From: Mobula hypostoma | Lineage: Eukaryota | DNA: 64,000 nucleotides | Assembly (NCBI RefSeq): GCF_963921235.1 | Contig: NC_086097.1 | Coordinates: 235,540,001-235,604,000, forward strand | Direction: 5' to 3' | Shown here: in pieces, positions 48,813-62,300 of the stretch | How the letters are laid out: every line of letters starts with the position of its first letter | Position numbering within the stretch: position 1 is the first letter of the stretch | Translations under genes and position numbers: made by a program | Notes under the pieces: model-generated | Told to the model about the DNA's origin: nothing | Databases searched by the model: none | What the model saw: only the letters and a program-made list of their open reading frames with translations

Positions 48813-51800
48813 CAGAAACATAGAAACATAGAAAATAGGTGCAGGAGTAGACCATTCAGCCCTTCAAGCCTGCACCGCCATTTATTATGATCATGGCTGA
48901 TCATCCAACTCAGAACCCCGCCCCAGGCTTCCCTCCATACCCCCTGACCCCTGTAGCCACAAGGGCCATATCTAACTCCCTCTTAAACATAGCCAATGAA
49001 CTGGCCTCAACTGTTTGCTGTGGCAGAGAATTCCACAGATTCACCACTCTCTGTGTGAAGAAGGTTTTCCTAATCTCGGTCCTAAAAGGTTTCCCCTCTA
49101 TCCTCAAACTGTGACCCCTCGTTCTGGACTTCCCCAACATTGGGAACAATCTTCCTGCATCTAGCCTGTCCAATCCCTTTAGGATCTTATACGTTTCAAT
49201 CAGATCCCCCCTCAATCTTCTAAATTCCAACGAGTACAAGCCCAGTTCATCCAGTCTTTCTTCATATGAAAGTCCTGCCATCCCAGGAATCAATCTGGTG
49301 AACCTTCTTTGTACTCCCTCTATGGCAAAGATATCTTTCCTCAGATTAGGGGACTAAAACTGCACACAATACTCCAGGTGTGGTCTCACCAAGGCCTTGT
49401 ACAACTGCAGTAGTACCTCCCTGCTCCTGTACTCGAATCCTCTCGCTAAAAATGCCAGCATACCGTTTGCCTTTTTCACCGCCTGCTGTACCTGCATGCC
49501 CACTTTCAATGACTGGTGTATAATGACACCCAGGTCTCCTTGCACCTCCCCTTTTCCTAATCGGCCACCATTCAGATAATAATCTGTTTTCCTATTTTTG
49601 CCACCAAAGTGGATAACTTCACATTTATCCACATTAAATTGCATCTGCCATGAGTTTGACAACTCACCCAACCTATCCAAGTCACCCTGCATCCTCTTAG
49701 CATCCTCCTCACTGCTAACACTGCCACCCAGCTTCGTGTCATCCGCAAACTTGGAGATGCTGCATTTAATTCCCTCATCCAAATCATTAATATATATTGT
49801 AAACAACTGGGGTCCCAGCACTGAGCCTTGTGGTACCCCACTAGTCACCGCCTGCCATTCTCAAAATGTCCCGTTTATTCCCACTCTTTGCTTCCTGTCT
49901 GCTAACCAATTCTCCACCCACACCAATACCTTACCCCCAATACCGTGTGCTTTAAGTTTGCACACTAATCTCCTGTGTGGGACCTTGTCAAAAACCTTTT
50001 GAAAATCCAAATATACCACATCCACTGGTTCTCCCCTATCCACTCTACTAGTTACATCCTCAAAAAATTCGATGAGATTCGTCAGACATGATTTTCCTTT
50101 CACAAATCCATGCTGACTTTGTCCGATCATTTCACCGCTTTCCAAATGTGCTGTTATCACATCCTTGATAACTGACTCCAGCAGTTTCCCCACCACCGAC
50201 GTTAGGCTAACTGGTCTATAATTCCCCGGTTTCTCTCTTCCTCCTTTTTTAAAAAGTGGGGTTACATTAGCCACCCTCCAATCCTCAGGAACTAGTCCAG
50301 AATCTAACGAGTTTTGAAAAATTATCACTAATGCATCCACTATTTCTTGGGCTACTTCCTTAAGCACTCTAGGATGCAGACCATTTGGCCCTAGGGATTT
50401 ATCTGCCTTCAATCCCTTCAATTTACCTAACACCACTTCCCTACTAACATGTATTTCACTCAGTTCATCCATCTCACTGGACCCTCTGTCCCTTACTATT
50501 TCTGGAAGATTATTTATGTCCTCCTTAGTGAAGACAGAACCAAAGTAATTATTCAATTGGTCTGCCATGTCCTTGCTCCCCATAATCAATTCACCTGTTT
50601 CTGTCTGCAGGGGACCTACATTTGTCTTTACCAGTCTTTTCCTTTTTACATATCTATAAAAGCTTTTACAGTCCGTTTTTATGTTCCTCGCCAGTTTTCT
50701 CTCATAATCTTTTTTCCCCTTCCTAATTAAGCCCTTTGTCCTCCTCTGCTGAACTCTGAATTTCTCCCAGTCCTCAGGTGAGCCACTTTCTCTGGCTAAT
50801 TTGTATGCTTCTTCTTTGGAATTGATACTATCCCTAATTTTTCTTGTCAGCCACGGGTGCACTACCTTCCTTGATTTATTCTTTTGCCAAACTGGGATGA
50901 ACAATTGTTGTAGTTCATCCATGCAACCTTTAAATGCTTGCCATTGCATATCCACCGTCAATCCTTTAAGTGTCATTTGCCAGTCTATCTTAGCTAATTC
51001 ACGTCTCATACCTTCAAAGTTACCCCTCTTTAAGTTCAGAACCTTTGTTTCTGAATTAACTATGTCACTCTCCATATTAATGAAGAATTCCACCATATTA
51101 TGGTCAGTCTTACCCAAGGGGCCTCTCACGACAAGATCGTTAATTAACCCTTCCTCATTGCTCAAAACCCAGTCCAGAATAGCCTGCTCTCTAGTTGGTT
51201 CCTCGACATGTTGGTTCAAAAAACCATCCCGCATACATTCCAAGAAATCCTCTTCCTCAGCATCTTTACCAATTTGGTTCACCCAGTCTACATGTAGATT
51301 GAAGTCACCCATTATAACTGCTGTTCCTTTATTGCACACATTTCTAATTTCCTGTTTAATACCATCTCCGACCTCACTACTACTGTTAGGTGGCCTGTAC
51401 ACAACTCCCACCAGCGTCTTCTGCCCCTTAGTGTTATGCAGCTCTACCCATATCGATTCCACATCTTCCCGGCTTATGTCCTTCCTTTCTATTGTGTTAA
51501 TCTCTTCTTTAACCAGCAACGCCACCCCACCTCCTTTTCTTTCATGTCTATCCCGCCTGAATATTGAATATCCCTGAACGTTGAGCTCCCATCCCTGGTC
51601 ACCCTGGAGCCATGTCTCTGTGATCCCAACTATATCATAATCATTAATAACAATCTGCACTTTCAATTCATCCACCTTATTACGAATACTCCTTGCATTG
51701 ACACATAAAGCCTTCAGGCGCTCTTTTACAACTCTCTTAGCCCTTATACAATTATGTTGAAAAGTGGCCCTTTTTAATGCTTGCCCTGGATTTGTCGGCC

Positions 51801-52076
51801 TGCCACTTTTACTTTTCTCCTTTGTACTTTTTGCTTCTATGCTCACTTTACACCCCTCTGTCTCTCTGCACTGGTTCCCATCCCTCTGTCGTGAACTAAC
51901 CTCCTCGCGCCTAGCCTCTTTAATTTGATTCCCACCCCCCAACCATTCTAGTTTAAAGTCACCTCAGTAGCCCCCGCTAATCTCCCTGCCAGGATATTGG
52001 TCCCCCTAGTATTCAAGTGTAACCCGTCCTTTTTGTACAGGTCACGCCTGCGTCAAAAGAGGTCCCAATGATCCCA
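48813..52076 (-). mobile_element. Mirror copy of the CR1 LINE
   Basis: Identical ORFs 49861-, 49354- and 48910-. Confidence 0.97.
48910..51942 (-). pseudogene. CR1 ORF2 (APE + RT), mirror copy with the same 2 stops
   Basis: Same translation as 13323..16355. Confidence 0.95.
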
Positions 52077-54617
52077 ATGATGTACTTTTGAAAATATTTT
52101 CTATTAGCCACTTGTCCTGTATTGTCACAGGGAACCCTTCTGTTTCTTGGAAGAGGTCTCCATCTCTGAGCCAGGTGTTCAATGCATCCTTGTCCACATC
52201 CAGTCTGTTTAGATCATGCTTTTCCATTGGTTAATTTTTAGTTCTGTAGTGATCATTTCTAATTTTTCTGGGTTGTGTTTTCATTTAAGTTTAGTGATGT
52301 GTTCTTCTTATCAGAATTGCATATACTCACGTGAAATGGTTAATCCTGTTGTCATTGATGAAAATATATCCTTAGACGTTTCATCTGACGGTTGTGTAAA
52401 TGTTTTACTCTTGTTATTCCTCTTCCTCCTACTCTCCTAGGTAGTGTTAATCTCAGCATATTCAAGTGCACATAGTGTTTCCTAAAATTTCTCATTTTAG
52501 TTCTTATTTTTCTTTGTAAATTTCCCATTCTGTTAACTATTATTATTATTATTATTTTTATTTTTCCTTTTTGTATTTGCACATCTAGTTTTTTTTTGCA
52601 CATTGATTGCTAGTCCGCCCTGTTGGGGGCACAAGGAAATGAATCTCAAGTTTGCTTATGGTGACATAATTGTATTTTGATTAAAAAAAGCTTGTTTATC
52701 TTTGTTGTACAAGATGTGTTCTTTGTTCTGACATGAGCAGCATGTTGAATATTGAGAAGAACAGCTCCCTGGTGATTTTCCAACAGTAGATCAAAAGAAT
52801 AACTCCAATTGCTTGCATCACACGATGCTGTTCTTGATTCTATACCAATAGTCTATGAGCTTTCGTTTGACTGTTGATATCCTTGCATTTTTGGGAAGGG
52901 GTAATGTTGATGGAGGTGGTGACAGAAGCAAGAAACATTTGTGACTTATTTTATGTAGGCATCGTTAGTCTTGCGAGACCATGGATCTGCGCCTGGAAAG
53001 TCTTCACACTCCAGGGTGCAGGCCTGGGCAAGGTTGTATGGAAGACCAGCAGTTGCCCATGCTGCAAGTCTCCCCTCTCCACGACACCAATGTTGTCCAA
53101 GGGAAGAGCATTAGGACCCATATAGTTTATAAGTGATGTTTAAATAGGTATTTGAATATGAGGAAATTGAAAGATATGGACATTGCATAGGCAGAGGAGA
53201 TACACTTAATTTGCCATTTAATTACTAATTTAATTGGTTTGGCACAACTTTGTGGGCCAAAGGGCATGTTCCTGTGCTATACTGTCCTATGTTCTACTAA
53301 CAGTTAGGTAAAACAGAATTCTCGGCACTCCTGCTGTTATCTCCACAGCAATTTCAATCGAACACCATAAATCAAAGGTAAGGTCTTTTATTCCTCAGGT
53401 CTATGGCTGGATTCTTTTATCTATAAACCACACATTAATCTGTCTTGGAAAGCTCAATCCAAAAACCCGCAAGTTATCGTATCTTGACAGTTTAACCCCT
53501 CTTGTGTTCTCCCAACTCATGGTTGCATGTGCTGCATTTAAAAAAACTTCTCTGAGATTGAGAAATTGAACAACGGATTTTCTTTAAATCTAAGCATAAC
53601 ATAACGTCACATAACCATTGAGCATGAGTAGGAGGAAAAACATCTTTCCTTTTAAACAAAAGTGCCCTCCTCTCAATAAGAGAGCTAAAAGCAAAAATAT
53701 GTAAATCAAATGTCTTCAGCTTGATATCTTGCCCTGCAACAATATTGAATAGGGCCGTCACAGGATTAGGCTTAAAATTGACTTTGAAAAGTAAAGAAAA
53801 AGTTTGAAAAACTTCCTTCCAATATTTTTCAAGACTTGGACAAGTCCAAAACATATGAATTAATGAAGCTTCTCCATTATTACATCTGTCACAGTAGGAA
53901 GATATATCCGAATAAAAACGAGAAAGCTTATCTTTAGTCATATGGACTCTATGTACTCCTTAAATTGTATGAGGGAATGGCGAGCACGTAGCGATGAAGT
54001 ATTAACCAGTTTAAAATTTTCATTCCATTTTCCTCAGATATTGATGTCTATAAATCCTGTTCCTAGAGATTCTTAATTTTGTCTAAAGGAACATTCCTCA
54101 TCTCCAGTAACATACCATAAATATTAGATATTGAACCATTGTGGGGACCTTTTCTGAATTATTTTCAGAACTTTCAAAACCTTCAATTCCCCGTTGTTTA
54201 AATTCAGATGTTGGCTATTATTTATTTTTATTATATGAGAAGGTATTTTACCTTTTTTTCTCCTTAATAAACAGCTTTGGTCTTGGTTGGGGTAAGACTC
54301 TTTTTTTGTAATAAATTAGTATATTTCAATATAACTATTGATTAACCTACGTGAATACGGGATAATGAGATTGCTATTATGAATAGATTTAATGTAATTG
54401 GTAGTTTTTAAATCTTTTTTGACATTTATATATGCTTTCTTGTACTTCGCATTCTTTAATGCAGAAACTAATAAAAATATTGGAAAGAAAAAAACTTTTC
54501 CATGTCAAATGGCTGTAGGTCAGAGTATTCTGAAACATCTCTACAAATAAAGTATCTAACTTTCTTTGGATCTACCAAGTTAGTGAGTATTTTCTGTACC
54601 TCTTTAACTTTTGTAAG

Positions 54618-56352
54618 TGTAACTCTCACTTTGGTTAGTGGCTTAGTATAGGGGGTGTTAGCCCTCTGCCCAGCCAAACTTAAGAAATCTCATTTGGGTG
54701 GGATGCCACGCGATGTGTCCTCCGTTACAAATCAGTACTCCAAAATAACAAACAGTACACAATATGGGATTAAACAATTAAGTTTTATAATTCGTACTTT
54801 GACTATATGGTTAGTAAAGAAAACAAAAAAAAAGAAAAAGCGCCCATTCTCATGAAACAGTCTGTTGTGCAATGTTGTAGCTCACTGATAAGCTGGTCTT
54901 CCACCATCGACCTCCTCCAATCATCGCTGACCTTCGGACCCTCGCTCCAAGTCCACTCCATCCGACGGTCTGCCAACTCTCTCCATTCACGTTTTTTCTC
55001 CTCATCTCTCCCAGGCAAAAAAAGACCGTGAAAATCTCTCTTCCAGACTCACAAGAAAGAACAACATTTCTCTCATTAGCCCCAGCATTCCAAACCCCGT
55101 CATCTCTCATCATAACCCAGACATTGCTGCTACAGTCAAACCATTACATTAGCAGTGAAACCTTACAGCATGTTACACTCTCCCCCCACCAAATTTAGTC
55201 ATGTCCTCATAATGTTGAGATAATTTACCAACCCTTCCTGCAAAGCACAAAGCTCAATCCAGGTGTAAAAGACAGTGACATAGCTCCCCAACACAGTAGG
55301 GGTTACACTCTGTTCCCCTGGTGCTACATAGGCTAGCCTATCTGGTGGTCTACTAATTCTCTGAGACCTCTGCACCTCATCTAACTCTTCAGGTTCTGAC
55401 ACTACTGGGGATACTTCAGGTCTATCTGGCGAGGCCTTACCCGATCTATCACTCATGCCCACCTGCAACTCGGAGTCTTCTGTCCCATGGCCAAACCCTG
55501 CTTCCTCTCCTGCAGAGTCCCGCCGTAACCCAGGCTGCCCACAGATACCACCCCACTTCACTGTCTCAATGGTAGAAGGGCTGGGAGTCTCTTCCTCAAT
55601 CAATGAGGAGTTAGTGAAAGGCAGCACATACCACACATCCAGGTCCTCATCTCCGAATCAGTATCCTTCTTGCCTGTTGGGGGCCTGGTAGTTGCCCCGC
55701 ATTTCCGCAGAGTCCTGTTACTAGGTGTAGGGTCCAAGTCGGGCTCTAGGTCTACCTGCACCTCTTGACCCAGGGGCAACAGGTGATTCCAATGGAGAAT
55801 CTTGACAGGCCCATTCCCCTCCTTTGGTTTCACCCAGAAAACTGGCAGGTTTGGCATCTGACTCTCCACCACATAGGGTGTGGCCGCCCAGAGGTCAGCC
55901 AACTTGTGCTTTCCAGGTAGCCCCAAATTCCTTATGAGGACTCGGTCTCCCGGCAGGAGTTGGGACGACCTCACCTTTTTTAGCATACCTCCTCTTATTT
56001 CCTTGATGCTGCTTGGCAGCCACGGCCACAGCTAATTCATACACCCTTTTCAACTCTCTTCTCATGTCAGGCACATACTTCAGATAAGTCTTCGGTGGTA
56101 AGTCACCCTCATCAGTTCCAAAACAAAGGTCAGTGGACAACCTTGCCTCATGCCCAAACATCAGATAATATGACGACTACCCAGTAGCTTCATTTCGTGT
56201 ACAGTTATAACTGTGAACCAGATGCCCAATATGTTGACTCCACCTGCTCTTCTTGCTGATCTCCAGGATCCCAAGCATGTCTAGCAAGGTCTGATTAAAC
56301 CTCTCTGGCTGGGGATCACCTTGCAGGTGATAAGGTGTGGTCCTCGACTTCT
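54618..56352 (-). mobile_element. Mirror copy of the truncated Gypsy element
   Basis: ORFs 55600-, 55895- and 56177- are identical to the left-arm copies. Confidence 0.9.
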
Positions 56353-59300
56353 CTTCAAGAGGACAACAATATAAGACAGGGATGTGACGCTGAGGCTTCA
56401 TAAAGCACTAGTGAGGCCTCACCTTCAGTATTGTGAACAGTTTTGGGCTACTTATCTAAGAAAAGATATGCTAGCTTTGGAGAGGGTTCAGAGGAGGTCT
56501 ACAAAGATGATTCTGGGAATGAAAGGGTTATCATATGAGAAATGTTTGATGGCTCTTGATCTATACTCCAGAATTTAGAATGATGAGGGAGATCTCATTG
56601 AAACCTTTCGAATGTTGAAAAGTCTAGACAGAATAGATGTAGAAAGGATATTTCACATGGTGGGGGAGTCCAGGACAAGAGGGCACAGCCTCCGGATAGA
56701 GGGGTGTCCATTTAAAACAGGGATGCGGTGAAATTTCTTTAGCCATAGCATGGTGAAATTTTTTGGAATTCGCTACCACAGGCAGCTGTGGAGGCCAGGT
56801 CATTGGGTGCATTTAAGGTGATAGGTTCTTGATTGGCCATGATATCAAAGGTTATAGGGAGAAGGTTGGGGAGTAGGACTGAGGAGGGGAGATAAAACGG
56901 ATGGGCCATGATTGAATGCTGGAGCAGACTCGATGGGCCAAATGGCCTGATTCTGCTCCTATGTATTATGGTCTTTCAATCTTATTGATATCTTGCAGTT
57001 TACTCCACTGTTTGTTCAATGGCATAGTCTTTCTTGCTTATTTTTTTCTCTTTAAAAATTCTGTTGGTGCAGCTTTAATAACAGGAGTTGCTGCTTCACT
57101 GTCAAAAGGTGCTTGTATCTCGTCCTTCTCTTTTTGATCCAAACTACATCACACATGCAATATTCACTGACCCTTCAGTTCACGTCTAAATTTAGGGCCT
57201 GTTTACTACATTTTTTTGTCATTCTTGCTTGAAGTCAGATTGTGCAGAGATAAGCTTACTTCTTGAAATGAGTCATATTCCTTTTTACTATGATCCTGTT
57301 ATTTGATTTATTGTTTTCAACTTTTCTTGTTACAACTGATTCTTCTGCATTATCACTGTTGGTAAGTTCTTCTTGCATCAATAGTTGCAGGACATCGAAG
57401 CTTCAAGGAAAAGTTGACTTCTCACTGGAGTTTAGTAGAATCAGGGTGGGGGTAGATTTCATTGAAACCTATCAAGTATTGAAAGGCCTAGATAGAGTGG
57501 ATGTGGAGAGGATATTTCCAATAGTGGGAGGGTCCAGGACAAAATGGCACATCCTCAGATTAGAAGGATGTCACATTGAAACAGAGATGTGGAGGAATTT
57601 CTTTAGCCAGAGGATAATAAATCTGTGGAATTCATTGCCACAGATGACTGTGGAGGCCAGTTCATTGGGTATATTTCAAAGAGAGTTTGATAGGTTCTTG
57701 ATTAGTAAGGGTGTTAAAGGTTATGAGGTGTACTCAGGAGAATGGGTTTGAGAAGGATAATAAATATAGAATGGTGGAGCAACCTCGATGAGCCAAATGG
57801 CTTAGTTCTGCTTCTATGTCTTATGGTCTTTTGTTCTGAATGCAATGGACTTCCACTGGGTTATGCTTGCAACTTATAACCACATATGGGGACACTACTG
57901 TCTCTAACCACATCACCCAATCACTTGAAACAACCAGACACAGGCCAGGATACAGCTTAAGTTCAAACTTGCCCATTATATTATAAAGCAATGCATTGTA
58001 TCCCATATAGGTTAGTGTAACATAGTACAAGATTTATCTATCTATTGATTTATTGAGATATAGTACATGATCAGCTCTTCCAGCTGTTCTACCCAGTAAG
58101 CCTTGACTTAGTCCTAGCCAAATCATGGGACAATTTACAATGACCGATTAGCCTACCAACTGGTACTTCTTTGCACTGTGGGAGTCAACCGGAGCACCTG
58201 GAGGTAACCCATGTGATTACGGGGAGAACGTACAACCTCCTTACAGACAACACTGGGAATTGAAACTGGGTCGCTAGCACTGTAAAGCGTGCTAACCACT
58301 ATGCTACTGTGCCACCACATACTAGAAGCTCCACTGAGAATTATGATAACTGGAGAATAAGGTGTTCTGCTTCTAGTAGCATTAAGTCACTCACCAAGCT
58401 CTTTACTGAATAAGCGACATTTTTGGCATGAAACTATTAGAGCCATACCTAGAGCACAAGATGATCCCCTACCCCATCAGCTTGACTTGGTCAAGTCTGT
58501 AGGTTGGTGTATGTATGAATGCAAGTTTCATAAAATGTTAAAAAGGACCACTCTAGTAAGGTTACTGGGTTGAATTTCGCTGCATATTTTGACAGACATA
58601 TCCTCCCAGGAGGGGGAGAAGATGGCAGCGTGACGACAGCGCACGTGGCCACTTCGGTGATGAATATCTGTTATCTGTCAAGTAGGGCACCATGCACAAT
58701 CCTGATTTGATGGAGACAGATGTGAGAGCACAGCGGAACATCTGGAAAACTTCTGAAATGTCTACTTTGCTGCTGCTGCTACTGTGCGGTAACCGGAATC
58801 ACTGGAGCTGAAGGCCCCCAAATCCTCGGCTTTGCGTGTTTCAGCGGCCGGGGCGAGGTTGAAGGCGCTCGGCGGAGGATGGCGCTCAGGAGGCTGTATC
58901 GGAGAGGCTGGTCGGAAGCTCGGGGTTTTCAGATGAATGGACTTGGGGTCGGCTGCTTCCAAGGTATCGGCAAGTTGACGGTGCCTGGAGGTTTATGGCA
59001 GGGAGTTTCTCCCTTTTGCCGCCGCTATCGGGGACTCGGGAGTTGATCGACTCGGGACTTTGAGACTTTTTTTGTACTGTGCCCATGGTCTGTTCTTTAT
59101 CAAATTATGGTATTGCTTTGCACTGCTGTAACTATATGTTATAATTATGTGGTTCTGTCAGTGTCAGTCTTTGGTCTGTCCTGTTTTCTGTGATATCACT
59201 CCGGAGAAACATTGTATCATTTCTTAATGCATGTATGCATTTCTAAATGAGGACTGAGTGTTCTCATAATCGAAACAAAATGAATCTTAATCTGATACCT

Positions 59301-62300
59301 GATTCTGCTTATTTGCATTTGCAAAAAAATGGGAAGATAAAATCAAAGTTTCCCTTTGAATTACATAAAGGATTTTTAGCAAGAAGCCAGAAGGAGCTCT
59401 TATCCCACAGCATTTAAATTGTAATCTAGGAAATGACAGGAAACCATAATCAAACTTTGCACTGTTATTTCTTTGGAACAGCAGAACTGTAAGCATAAAA
59501 AATTGACTGGATATAGAAGTGTTGATATATTTGGACGTATCTACCTCTTACTGCAGTTGGGGCACCAACATCCATTGCAGCTGGGATGTTCAAATCACTC
59601 CCGTAAACCACAGACTGAGTATATGTTCATCTGAGGTACTATGTTATAATAATATTTGTAATTCAAGCTAAGTCTCATAATAGTATGGAATTAACTGGCA
59701 GCAATGAATGTGTGGTGAATGGTAGATGCAACAATATCAATAATTTTTTTCAATGAGATGTTTATTGAAAATTATTGTATAATTGCCTAAAAGCTACAAT
59801 ATTTTTTTTTTCCTTAGAATTATAGTGAAATTTTGAATATTTCATTAAAATTTAATGAAATATACAATAGCATGCTTTAGAATGAAAGTGGATTTCATGA
59901 AGGGCGGTGAAAAATGTGAGAGAAGATACCATTGTGTCCACATGAATCCTCTGTTAATGCTGAGATGATTAAATATAGTCAATTTTTTCAAGATCCCTTA
60001 CTTATTTCTGAAGGGAATGTGTAGTTGAAGCCCTGAATCATCTAAAATGTATTATTTAAAACACATCTCAAATGAGTACTTAGAATATTCCATTTTCCCA
60101 GTTGGATAAACATTTTCAGTTTGATTTATTTTGTCTGGATTAATTTTTAATATTTCAAGATTTATTTTGCAGTATTTTAACATGCTTATTGCTCAAATAT
60201 AATCATATACCCATAAATTGCTGCAAAAGCAGCCAGACATGATATCTTAATGGGGGGAGTAGATGGGCATACCAAAGGGGAGAGGTTACAGCAAAATCAA
60301 TGAGGAACTGGAATTATGGAATTGCTCTAAGAGCCAGCAGAAACTTGATGGGCAAAATGGCCTCCTTCCACATCACAGTAGCCAACAAAGATTTTGCTTT
60401 CTGAAACTTTTGGGTATATCTTATGGATTTTGGGCTATTGATCATGAAAATCACCCTGAAATTTCCCTATCACGTACCATTTTTTAAAAAAAAGCCTATA
60501 TTTATTATATTAATTCATAATTCATCTCAATACCTGATTAAGGAAGGCATTTTTGTCGGTCCATAAATCAAAGAGGTTATCAATGACAGGAAAATCTAAG
60601 AACTTCTAGTGGGACTGGAGAAAATAGCGTGGAAGGCGTTCAAGGATGCTGTTGAAAAATTTCTTGTCAACTACAGAGCAGTAAACTATGTGCAGATGGT
60701 TGACAACAAGGGTAGAGAACCATGAAGTGCAACATGTCATGAAAGATTCATTTCTCCATTCCCATTTAGACTTCTTCCCTACAAACTTGGCACTGTCAGG
60801 GATGAGCATGGTGAAAGATTTCACCAGGACACTGCAGTCAGGGAGAAGTGGTTTCAAGGCAACTGGAATCCATCAATGCTGGCTGATTATTGTTGGACAT
60901 TTAAATGAGAGACCTCAGACACTGAGTACAAACATGAGCAGAACATTTTTAGGTTAGTTGAACTACTGCAAAGCGTCAGCATGGTTCTGTAATTAAACAT
61001 ATAAAAGTTAATAGAAGTTAATTTCTTGTTTCTCCAAATTCCTACTTGATAGAAGTAGTCTGAAATTATATTGGTGTTCAGCTTCAAGCCGTCTATCGTC
61101 AACAAAAAATCAATTCTGAAGAGACAACACTTTCAAAATAAAATCGTTATCCAGTATAATAAGAAATATTCACATGAATGAATCTCTTCAAAACAGATCA
61201 TACTCTACCAAAGTAACATCAGCAGGCACTATGGCTAAACCTCTGTTACGTAAATATGATTTTTGTTGCACTTATTAAAAGGTGGAGATGACAAATTTGT
61301 GGGATTATTAGCCTTAGCAGTGCAAGAGGAGGACAAACATTGTAGGGTTTGGAGGCTTGCATGTCTCAATGACCCAGAGAGCTATGTTGGCTGGAGTCAG
61401 GGCCTTGTGCTTTGACTCTTAATAGGATCACCTATGCCAAACAGGCCAAAGGATAAAGTCTAATAAAGTCCACCAGTCCTACACGTTCAGGGGTTCAGCT
61501 CAGGGCTAACAAACTTGACTGATAAAAAGAAATTGTTACCGAAACCATAAATTGCTGCTCTAAGTTCCAGCAGCATAGCTAACTAAATGCAATGCCAAAT
61601 CGAGAGCCATGTTCCCTTTTTTTCGGATTCCAAATCATGGAAAGTATACATACAAGCAAATTATTGGAGCTGCTTCAAAATTATCTACAACATAATGGGA
61701 CAGTACTTCTCAGTTCAAAAGTTAAGGTCTGAAATCTTGGCAAGGATAGTAATGCCACAATTGGAAAGCGTGTTGGTGCTTTCATTTGGGAAACCCACAA
61801 GAACCGCTTCCCTGGCATTTAGGTAGAGACACATAAGTAGAATAATACCCTCAGTTTTTGCACTAAATGTGCACCAGTGGGTACCATGCAAAACTGCACA
61901 GTACTTTTTTGAATGGAATATAGAAAGGACCCAAATTCTAAGATGGATTTGCATAAATTTTGGAAGAGTTTCTTCATAGAAATGTGATGAACCAGGTCAG
62001 TGTCTCGACTGAATTGCTACTGAGGAGGGTGAAGAATCAAAAAAAGAAGAGTTCACCTGCCGCAGTGCAGAAAGAGACTGACTGGTGTACAGATACACTG
62101 GCTAAGGTAATCAGCAAAAGCAGAAGCCAGGCACACTAACAGATTCTGAGCAGGACATGCTTTAATGACCAAGGAAGGTCAGGGAAGATAAGTATGTTTG
62201 CACACTCATCAGCATCCTGTGTACCCAAACACCCTGCCTGCCTTGTCAAAACCTAATCCGTCAAATCTCTTCTCTCATCCACTGACCATGCAAGCACACT